Of a stretch of 64,000 nt of DNA, positions 49,059-56,488 are shown piece by piece. The stretch lies in the NCBI GenBank assembly GCA_016192455.1, contig JACPUC010000019.1, positions 62,001 through 126,000 on the forward strand, in the 5' to 3' direction. A program made the position numbers and the translations under genes. The notes under the pieces were generated by a model. The model was not told the DNA's origin. It saw nothing but the letters and a program-made list of their open reading frames with translations, and ran no database searches. Source of the stretch: Candidatus Tectimicrobiota bacterium (lineage in GTDB: Bacteria; JACPUC01). Position 1 is the first letter of the stretch. Each line of letters begins with the position of its first letter.

Positions 49059-50936
49059 GTGAGTGTCCCTGGAGAGCTTCGGAAACTCCAGAGCTTCTAT
49101 CGCCGCGGCGCATGGCCCCAGGTCATTCAGGTTGGCGAGCAGTTGCGGCACCAGGGCCGGGATGACCATGTCCTCAACGCCTGGCTCGCCATGGCCTACC
49201 ATGTCACGAAGCAAGACCAGAAGGCCATCCCGCTCTGCGAGAAGCTGTACCAAACGGCCACTTTCAGCGATGTGCAGACGGAGTGCCGCGAAATCGGCAT
49301 CTCCGCGATGCGCTACCACGTCGTGCTGGCTCGCCACTTCTTCCAAGAGAAGCGGTACGATGAGGCTTTGCGCATCTGCGAACGGCTGAAAGTCTTCGAC
49401 AACAAGCTTTCCGACAAGTTCATCATCGCCGGCAAGGTCTATCTCGAGCAAGGACATTACTCGCGCGCTGCTGAAGAGTTCGCGCGCCTGCTCACCGAGC
49501 GCCCCGACCGCGCCGATAACGCCGTCGCATGCCTACGCTACCTCCTCGATGCCGAGCCGAGCAACGAAGCCGCCCACCGCGCCCTCTTCGACCTCTCCGA
49601 ACGCACCGGAACGACCCGGAAGCAGATCAGCGACAACGAGGCGCGGCTTGCCCGCTCGCCCGATGAGGCGCGGGCGATCTTTGCGTTGGGTTACCTCTAC
49701 ACCTTCAGCGGCTCCGCGCCGCAGGCCCTCGCTCTGTGGCAGCGCTACCTCGCGAAGTACCCGACGTGGAAACATCTCCACCTGGCGCGCGGCCACGCAC
49801 ACTTCCACCAGGACGACTACGCGCAGGCCGAGAATTGCTGGCAGCAGTTTGAGCCGGCAACAATCGCCGAGGCCGAAGCGCTCCTGCAGTGCTACAACCG
49901 CCTCTTCAGCCGCTCCTGGAGCTCCGAGCCGGTGCTCTGGCGGCTGGTCGAGCTCGGGGTGAAGTGGGACCGTCTCGATGTGGTCGAGGGTCCCCTGAAG
50001 ATCATGCGGAAGATCAAACCCGACTCGCCGATGATCGGCCAGATTCTTGAGCAGGTCCTCGTCCTCCAGGTGGACCGGCACACAAAAGCGGGAAGCTCCA
50101 CCGCGGCCCTGGCACGGCTGAAGGAGCTCGTTCGGCTGCATCCCGACAAGCCGGCCTACCAGCAACGGCTGGCAGAATTTCTTGCGGCTCACCCCGGGCT
50201 GCAGGCCCAGAAGGACGAGGTACGGGAGGCGCCTGCCCCCTCCGAACCAGCACACGGCGCCACCCTCGTGGGAGATCTCACCACCCCGGCTGGGGGATTG
50301 CATTCCGCGACCGAAGCCATCGTCGTCGTCGACCTCTGCGATTCCACCACCCTGGCCTCCAAGTTCGGTGACCGTTATCTCCTGGAGGTGAAGAAGCTTC
50401 TGGCGGATACCGCCGAGCCGCTTTTCAAGCAGCACCAAGTCCGCTGGCTGAAGAGCACGGGAGACGGTTACCTGAGCATTTTCCCCAACAGCCGGGAGGC
50501 AGCGTTGGCAGCCGTGACACTCCTGCGCACCTTTCAGGAGGAGAAGCAGCTCGCTGAGTCCCATCCCATTCACATCCGCATCGGCATCCACTTCGGCGAG
50601 ACGCAGGTCGATGGCAACGGCGAGCGCCATGGGCAGGTGGTTCACAAGGCCTTTCGGATCGAAGGGGTAAAGCCTTCGGACCTTACCCAAGTGGAGGGGA
50701 GCGCCCCGCGCGCAGAGGTGCCGCTGCGCAACCGCATCTTCCTCTCCGAAGAGGTGTACGACGACATCTATCAGGACGACATCCCGCGCTGCCGGTTTAT
50801 CGGTGTCACCGAGCTGAAGGGGTTCTCCGGCCTGCACCGCCTTTACGAGCTGAAGTGGCAGGAACAGCCGCGTAAACTTCAGCCGGCGGCGGGCGAAAGC
50901 GACCTTGAGCACCGCGGCACCGGTCCAAGGGTCTAG
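49059..50936 (+). CDS. TPR-repeat protein with C-terminal class III adenylate/guanylate cyclase domain
   Basis: Helical TPR-like repeats (AGKVYLEQGHYSRAAEEF); VVDLCDST, KSTGDG, IRIGIHFGE, LKGFSG; start approximate. Confidence 0.85.
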   Translation: MSVPGELRKLQSFYRRGAWPQVIQVGEQLRHQGRDDHVLNAWLAMAYHVTKQDQKAIPLCEKLYQTATFSDVQTECREIGISAMRYHVVLARHFFQEKRYDEALRICERLKVFDNKLSDKFIIAGKVYLEQGHYSRAAEEFARLLTERPDRADNAVACLRYLLDAEPSNEAAHRALFDLSERTGTTRKQISDNEARLARSPDEARAIFALGYLYTFSGSAPQALALWQRYLAKYPTWKHLHLARGHAHFHQDDYAQAENCWQQFEPATIAEAEALLQCYNRLFSRSWSSEPVLWRLVELGVKWDRLDVVEGPLKIMRKIKPDSPMIGQILEQVLVLQVDRHTKAGSSTAALARLKELVRLHPDKPAYQQRLAEFLAAHPGLQAQKDEVREAPAPSEPAHGATLVGDLTTPAGGLHSATEAIVVVDLCDSTTLASKFGDRYLLEVKKLLADTAEPLFKQHQVRWLKSTGDGYLSIFPNSREAALAAVTLLRTFQEEKQLAESHPIHIRIGIHFGETQVDGNGERHGQVVHKAFRIEGVKPSDLTQVEGSAPRAEVPLRNRIFLSEEVYDDIYQDDIPRCRFIGVTELKGFSGLHRLYELKWQEQPRKLQPAAGESDLEHRGTGPRV

Positions 50937-51011
50937 CGCGCCACGGTGCTCCTGGCGGCACAAAAAGCTCGCCTCACAGGCCCCGATCAAGCAGCGCGGC
51001 AGTCCCCCCAC

Positions 51012-51240
51012 CTGCGGGTTCAAGACGTCGATTTCTCCCGCAACGAAATCCTCGTCCGCGACGGCAAGGGGGCCAAGGACCGGATGACGTTGCTTCCCGA
51101 GTCACTCAAGGCCCTGCTCCAGGAACACATGAAGAAAGTCAAGACGATCCATGAATGGGATCTGGCCGACGGCTGGGGCCGAGTTGCTACCGCCCGACGC
51201 CCTCGAGCGTAAGTATCCCAACGCTCCACCGGATGCCTAA
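51012..51240 (+). pseudogene. intI: Integron integrase internal fragment (frameshifted)
   Basis: LRVQDVDF..NEILVRDGKGAKDRMTLLP...DLADGWGRV, then in the next frame PDALERKYPNA (IntI-specific insertion); N- and C-termini missing. Confidence 0.88.
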
Positions 51241-51344
51241 AACTGGTGATACGGCATACGTAGTTGAGATGAAAGGTTTTGAGCGGATGAACAAGAGGAA
51301 GTGGGAACTTCTTGTGCAGAAGGACACAGTCTTAATTTCCAATC

Positions 51345-51373
51345 TTATACAGACTGTATAATCATTGTTAGGC
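51345..51373 (+). mobile_element. attI-like recombination site
   Basis: Inverted repeat TTATACAG-A-CTGTATAA followed 5 nt later by core GTTAGGC (GTTRRRY), directly before the first cassette ORF. Confidence 0.55.
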
Positions 51374-51392
51374 GTCACATGATTTCAACACC

Positions 51393-52027
51393 ATGAGCGA
51401 TCTTCAAACGCTAACCGACGCCTTGCGGACTCGTTTTCCTGCGCCTCCCCCTCAGGCAACCGAGGGCTGGGCGAATCCTGCACTCTGCGTTCTGGACTGC
51501 GTCCTTTCCCTTAACCGACCCTACGACAGCGTTGTGCTGCCCCGTGTCACGCGGTTCGCCGAGAAACATACCGGCGTGGATACGCTCCAGGCGCTTCAAG
51601 TCCTGATGGGGTCCTACCCGAGCCTCTTCGACTTCTCGGCCGTCGAGCTCGACTACAAGGATTCCCGCCGTGCCAACACTCTGCAAGGAGTAGTCAGCTA
51701 CCTCCTGGATGTTGAGCAGGATTTCCCCGGTTCCAGCGAACTGCAGCGGCTGCGCGCCTGGGCAAATTGGGCACAACCGGGCGACTCCGCCTTCACTGGG
51801 GTGCGTGGCTTCGGTCTGGCGGGCTTCCAGTACCTTCGGCTGCTCTTCGGGGCGAACACCGCAAAGCCGGACGTCTGGATTTGCAGGTTCGTTCCGACAG
51901 CATCGCTCGCACCGTCGGTCCAACTGAGGCGCTATTCCTTCTTGAGCGTGCGGCAAAGCGCGCCAATCTTCACCTGAGGGACATCGACGCGGCGATTTGG
52001 AGTCAAGCTCACGGCAGCGCCGGCTAA
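51393..52027 (+). pseudogene. Gene cassette 1: HhH-GPD-like hypothetical protein with a 1-bp frameshift near 51893
   Basis: GVRGFGLAGFQYLR...KPDVWICRFV continues in the adjacent frame as SDSIART...IDAAIWS to a stop that overlaps the attC inverse core. Confidence 0.65.
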
Positions 52028-52089
52028 CCACGGCATGCACCTAACCGCCGCAAAACGCGCGGCGGCGGGTGATGCCCCGGTCGTTAGCC
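52022..52089 (+). mobile_element. attC site
   Basis: GGCTAAC...GGCATGCACC...CCGCCGC-loop-GCGGCGG...GGTGATGCC...GTTAGCC: complementary R boxes, L boxes with one extrahelical base, 68 bp. Confidence 0.85.
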
Positions 52090-52320
52090 GCAGTTCCCGG
52101 AGACCGCGATAGGCTTTTGGCTGAAACTCTTCGGTCGGGACCTCGGAGGGTGAACGAAGACCCCGCCTGGCGCAGCCTGCGATGGTGGAGAGGAGCGGAA
52201 AAGCTGGCGATGGCGGAAGGGAAGAAACAGGCGCTGCGGCAGAGGGGCTCCGTCCGCTGCTGAGCACCCAGACGTGAGCCAGCTTGAGCACGATTCGAGA
52301 ATCCGGGAGACTGTCACGTT

Positions 52321-52665
52321 ATGCTGACGGGCCGCCGCCTCCCTGATGATGCGCTCACGTTTGTTCAGCGATGCATCCGCGAACGCAAGGTTTACTGGAC
52401 CTACCATGTGAACATGCGTCTGGCTGGCCGTCACATTTCAAGGGACGCCATCTTCGGCGCCGTGGACAGCTACCAAGTCGTCGAATCGTATCCAGATGAC
52501 AAGTACTTCCCGAGCTATCTCGTCTTGGCGACGCCGACGGGCGCTGCATTCCACGTCCTTTTCGCGGTCGATGTTGAAGCCGACAATGTGCGGGTGATCA
52601 CCGCGTATCATCCCAACCCCAACGATTGGGAGCCGGATATGAGGACAAGGAGAAGCAAGACATGA
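52321..52665 (+). CDS. DUF4258 family protein (putative toxin), cassette 2
   Basis: WTYHVNMRL..R.I, VESYPDDKYFPSYLVL, HVLFA, VITAYHPNP..W. Confidence 0.85.
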   Translation: MLTGRRLPDDALTFVQRCIRERKVYWTYHVNMRLAGRHISRDAIFGAVDSYQVVESYPDDKYFPSYLVLATPTGAAFHVLFAVDVEADNVRVITAYHPNPNDWEPDMRTRRSKT

Positions 52666-52883
52666 AATGCCGAGTGTGCGGCAGCATGTTGCATGCGACG
52701 ACCACCGATCTTCCGTTCAAGGTGAGCGATCGAACCATCGTCATCCTCAAACACCTGCCGGTAGCGCAGTGTGAAGGATGCAGTGAGTACCTGATTGCAG
52801 ACGCTGTGTTTGTGAAAGTTGAGGAACTGCTTGCCAAGGTCAACACGTCGGTTGAACTGGAAATCATTCAATTCGCTGCTTAG
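52662..52883 (+). CDS. YgiT-type zinc-finger protein (MqsA-like putative antitoxin), cassette 2
   Basis: MKCRVCG...LPVAQCEGCSE; ATGA overlap with the DUF4258 gene. Confidence 0.85.
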   Translation: MKCRVCGSMLHATTTDLPFKVSDRTIVILKHLPVAQCEGCSEYLIADAVFVKVEELLAKVNTSVELEIIQFAA

Positions 52884-52977
52884 CTGCGGCGCTGGCTAAC
52901 AGGCGACTGGCACCGATGTATCTTTTTGACTGAGTGAAGGAGTGCAGGCCAGGGATAACCCACCCTGAAAACACCAG

Positions 52978-53018
52978 GGCCCCGGAAGCCGCTGCGCCAG
53001 GCATGGGCTTCCGGGGCC
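52978..53018 (-). terminator. Hairpin, probable terminator of the third ubiD gene
   Basis: 13-bp perfect stem GGCCCCGGAAGCC/GGCTTCCGGGGCC about 40 nt past the stop, with GTTTT shortly after it on the minus strand. Confidence 0.55.
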
Positions 53019-53057
53019 GTTTCATCTCGGCGCCGGTCAGGACGTCGTCTATCCCCC

Positions 53058-54671
53058 CTACTCCTTCGCCTCCTTCCAACCGCGGAACGGCTTGCGGCGC
53101 TGGGCCAGTTTCTCGCCGGTTTCGAGGTAGAGGCCCTGGACGGCCATCTGCGCCTCCTTGTCCCACTCCTCCGGCCAGTAGCCAAGGGCGTAGCCGTGGT
53201 AGGGGTAGCGCGTCTTCAACGGCGGCAAGCCGAGCTCCTCCCAGATTTCCTTCGCATGGTCCATGTACTCCTTCGCCGGCAGCGACACGGTTGGATAGGC
53301 GTGCTTGCGCGTCGCGTCGATGAGCATGGCCGAGGTGCCGACCGGCTTCGGGAAGCGGCGGTCCTCCGTCTCCGTCCCCGAGGGCGCCGCGGAGGGATCG
53401 AGCATGGAGGATTTCCCCGTCGTGATGCGCACGTCGAGGTGCGGCTGCATGCAGAATGAGAGCGCCCAGTTCACCGACTCCGGGTCGTCGGGGTCGATAT
53501 CGGGGTCCACGGTGATGATGATCTTGCCGATCGTCGGGTCGAGGGCGACGGCGGCGTTGAGCGCCTGCCAGGGCTGGCTCGGATTCGTCTTGTCGAGCTG
53601 GATGACGATGTACATCCAACTCCCGCTCATCTCGTGGAAGGCCACCCGCTGCACCGTGGGGATGTTGCAGTCGTACTTCAGGAATTTCAGCATCAGGGCG
53701 TCGTAGCTGATCTTGCGGATCATGCTGCTCTCGCTGGGCGGGAACTGGCTGATGAACGCTTGGTAGATCGGCTTGCGGCGGTGCGTGATGCAGGAGATGT
53801 TGAAGACGTGGTTCTTGGCGCGCTCCCCCATGTAGCCGCTGTACTCTCCAAAGGGAGCCTCATCCTCGAGGTACTCGGTGGAGAGCTCGCCCTCGACGAC
53901 GATCTCCGAGGTTGCCGGCACTTCGAGGTCCACCGTCTCGCACTTCACCAGCTCGATGGGCGCTCCGGCCAGACCTCCCGCGACATCGTACTCATTGACG
54001 CCGTAGGGGATCTTGGCGACGCTGCACATGCCGACATAGGGAACGCAGCCAAGGATGATGGCTGCCGGCAGGTTCTGGCCGAGCCGCCGCGCCTTCTCGA
54101 GGTGGATGCCGATGTGCTGCGCCCCGTGGGTCATGATGCCGGTGCGGGTCCGTCCCTTGATCATGCCGCGGTAGGTGCCGACATTGACAATGCTGGTTTC
54201 CGGATCCTTCGTCACCACGTAGGGAGAGGAGAGGTAGGGGGCGGTGTCATAGCCCGGGGTGGAGATAGGGATGGGGAACTTGTCGATGCCGCCCGCCTCG
54301 AGGAGGGCATCTCCTTGCAGGATGACCTCCTTGACCGGTCCGCCGTCCACCATCTTTGGCGGGATGGGGAAGCGCTGCGCCTGCACCCAGCGTTCCTGAA
54401 TCTCCTCCACCTTGCAGCCCATGCCGGCGGCGTAGATCGGCCGCGAGGCGCCCAGAATCCCCACCGCCACCTTGGCGTCGAAGGAGCGCCCACGCGAATC
54501 CGTGAGGCTCTCAAAGAGAAAGGCCTTGCGCTCATCGCTCGGCAGACCGCGGAACTGCCAGCGCACCAGCGGCATGAGCTCCGTGTCCTTGTTGATCGTG
54601 CGCTTGACGCGGTAGAGCAAGCCCTTCTGATCCAGGTCGTTGATGAAGTCGCGTAGATCCTTATACGCCAT
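53058..54671 (-). CDS. UbiD-family decarboxylase
   Basis: YKDLRDFI, PIPISTPG.D..PY, NVGTYR, EAPFGEY, VDPDIDP, LDPS, IDATRK. Confidence 0.93.
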   Translation of the reverse strand: MAYKDLRDFINDLDQKGLLYRVKRTINKDTELMPLVRWQFRGLPSDERKAFLFESLTDSRGRSFDAKVAVGILGASRPIYAAGMGCKVEEIQERWVQAQRFPIPPKMVDGGPVKEVILQGDALLEAGGIDKFPIPISTPGYDTAPYLSSPYVVTKDPETSIVNVGTYRGMIKGRTRTGIMTHGAQHIGIHLEKARRLGQNLPAAIILGCVPYVGMCSVAKIPYGVNEYDVAGGLAGAPIELVKCETVDLEVPATSEIVVEGELSTEYLEDEAPFGEYSGYMGERAKNHVFNISCITHRRKPIYQAFISQFPPSESSMIRKISYDALMLKFLKYDCNIPTVQRVAFHEMSGSWMYIVIQLDKTNPSQPWQALNAAVALDPTIGKIIITVDPDIDPDDPESVNWALSFCMQPHLDVRITTGKSSMLDPSAAPSGTETEDRRFPKPVGTSAMLIDATRKHAYPTVSLPAKEYMDHAKEIWEELGLPPLKTRYPYHGYALGYWPEEWDKEAQMAVQGLYLETGEKLAQRRKPFRGWKEAKE

Positions 54672-54901
54672 CAATGGCTCTCCTCTCCGGTGCATCACGC
54701 CCAGCGCCTTGCCCGCCGGCCTGCCGCGCGCGCCGCGGCCCCGCAGAAATCCCCCCTGCCCCGCGCAGGCGGCAGGGCAAAGTTACCAACATCTTGAGTT
54801 TGACGCAAGGCCGCTGCGGAAAGCCAGCGGCGTGCGCTTGGGGGGAGTGACCCCTGGCGCCGTCTCCTCCAGGCGGCCGCCCATGCGGAGCCTCCTACCC
54901 C

Positions 54902-56227
54902 CTAACGGGCGCAGGTTCGAAAGCCGGCGAAGACGTCGCGCCGGTCGGGCGTAAAGAAGTTGCGCCAGGTGTTGCGGATCATCCGGGCGCGCGTGGCCCA
55001 ACAGCCCCCCCGCAGCACTCTGCGGCTGCCGAACCAGGGTTCGGAGTACTCCTTGTAGGGATCGGGCACGAAGCCTGGATACGGGCCGAAGACGCTGGAG
55101 GTCCACTCCCAAATGTTTCCCAGCATCTGCCGGCAGCCGAAGGCGCTGTCGCCGGCGGGAAGGGCGCGCGCATCGACGGTTCCCGCTCTCCGGGCATCCA
55201 GGTTGGCCCGCCGCGGCGTGGGAGGTTGATCCCCCCAGGGGAACCGGCGTTTGCGCCTGCTGAAGCCTCCGCCGGGGCGCGGCTCGCCGCAGGCGGCCAG
55301 TTCCCACTCCGCCTCGCTCGGCAGGCGCCGACCGGCCCAAGCGCAATAGGCCTCCGCCTCGTACCAGCAGACATGGATCACCGGGTGCCAATCGAGGAGC
55401 GGCGCCTCCCGATCGTACCTGCGAACACCCCAGCCGCCGTCGGCGGCGCGGCGCCAGTAGATGGGATGCTCGGCTCCCGCGGCCTGGCGCCAGGCCCATC
55501 CGACATCGCTCCAAAGCTCTCTGCGCCGGTAGCCGCCGGCCTCGACGAAGGCACGGAACTCGGCGTTCGTCACCGCCGTGCGGGAGATGGCAAAGGGCTC
55601 GATGGGAACAGGATGGGCCCATTTCTCGTTATCAAAGACGAAGGGTAGGTCGGGCGTGCCGCCTAGCATGAAGACGCCGCCGGGGACATCTACATCGCCT
55701 CGGCACGATTCGTCCGCTTGCCCCTGCCCAGCGGAGGACGACTCGGCTCCGCCGCGCTCGTTCGCGGGGGCCGCGAGCTTCGGCTCGGGGTAGGCGAGCG
55801 TCTGCAACATGTAGGTGAACGCTTCGGCGTGCATATCCTCGTGGAAGAGGACGAGCCGATGAAAGTACACCGCCTCGTCGCTGCAGGCGCCTCGCCGAAG
55901 ATGCGCCAGGATGCGTTCCAGGACCTCTTCCATGTAGCGCAGCGTCTCGGCGCGCGACGGCAACGGCAGGTCCCAGCGCGTGTCGTGGGGGATGGCGATG
56001 GAATCGTAGAGAGAATCGGAATCCCCGCGGGGCGCTGCTTCGCCGCGCAGGTGCCGCAGGATCCATTTTTCCTGGAACCAGGCGACATGCCCGATCTCCC
56101 AGCGGAATGGGTTGACGATGTCGAGCTTCGGCCCCATGAGCTGCTCATCGCTCAGGTGCGCCACGAGATCGAGGCTGCGCCCGCGCGCCTCGGATAAGCT
56201 CTCGATGAGGTCGGTTGCCACGTTCAT
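54902..56227 (-). CDS. senA: Selenoneine synthase SenA (EgtB/OvoA sulfoxide synthase family)
   Basis: DinB-like domain with WEIGHVAWFQE, LYDS..IPHDTRW and HEDMHAE iron motif; FGE-sulfatase domain FDNE, RLPSEAEWE, GNIWEW, RNFF..GFRTC; adjacent to senB. Confidence 0.85.
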   Translation of the reverse strand: MNVATDLIESLSEARGRSLDLVAHLSDEQLMGPKLDIVNPFRWEIGHVAWFQEKWILRHLRGEAAPRGDSDSLYDSIAIPHDTRWDLPLPSRAETLRYMEEVLERILAHLRRGACSDEAVYFHRLVLFHEDMHAEAFTYMLQTLAYPEPKLAAPANERGGAESSSAGQGQADESCRGDVDVPGGVFMLGGTPDLPFVFDNEKWAHPVPIEPFAISRTAVTNAEFRAFVEAGGYRRRELWSDVGWAWRQAAGAEHPIYWRRAADGGWGVRRYDREAPLLDWHPVIHVCWYEAEAYCAWAGRRLPSEAEWELAACGEPRPGGGFSRRKRRFPWGDQPPTPRRANLDARRAGTVDARALPAGDSAFGCRQMLGNIWEWTSSVFGPYPGFVPDPYKEYSEPWFGSRRVLRGGCWATRARMIRNTWRNFFTPDRRDVFAGFRTCAR

Positions 56228-56488
56228 GGAATTTCTCATACTTCGCGGCTCGCCGTTCGCCGCCCGCCGCTCACCCGGCAGCGACGCCGCTCGTTCCGGC
56301 GGCAGGGTTCTTGCGCCGCGCTCAAACGCGACCACCGCGGCAGTATCCTGGCAGCGCCCAGCCCGGCTGCGCGGGGGAGCGGCGAGACGGGCGATCGTCG
56401 CCCCTCTTCAAAAAGTCTCTCCGGCAATGGCGCTCGGCGGAGAGAAAATGCTACCATAACAACGCCACACCTGAACCAGGAGGCTGCC

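Noticed and set aside
44681-50936. Calling the cyclase/cNMP pair a Pycsar anti-phage system
   Set aside because: The genes are divergent, the cyclase has TPRs and an adenine-type Lys, and the effector architecture does not match PycTIR/PycTM; kept only as an analogy.
51345-51361. Palindrome near intI as a LexA box
   Set aside because: The arrangement is ACAG-N1-CTGT rather than CTGT-N8-ACAG, and it lies next to the recombination core, not an intI promoter.
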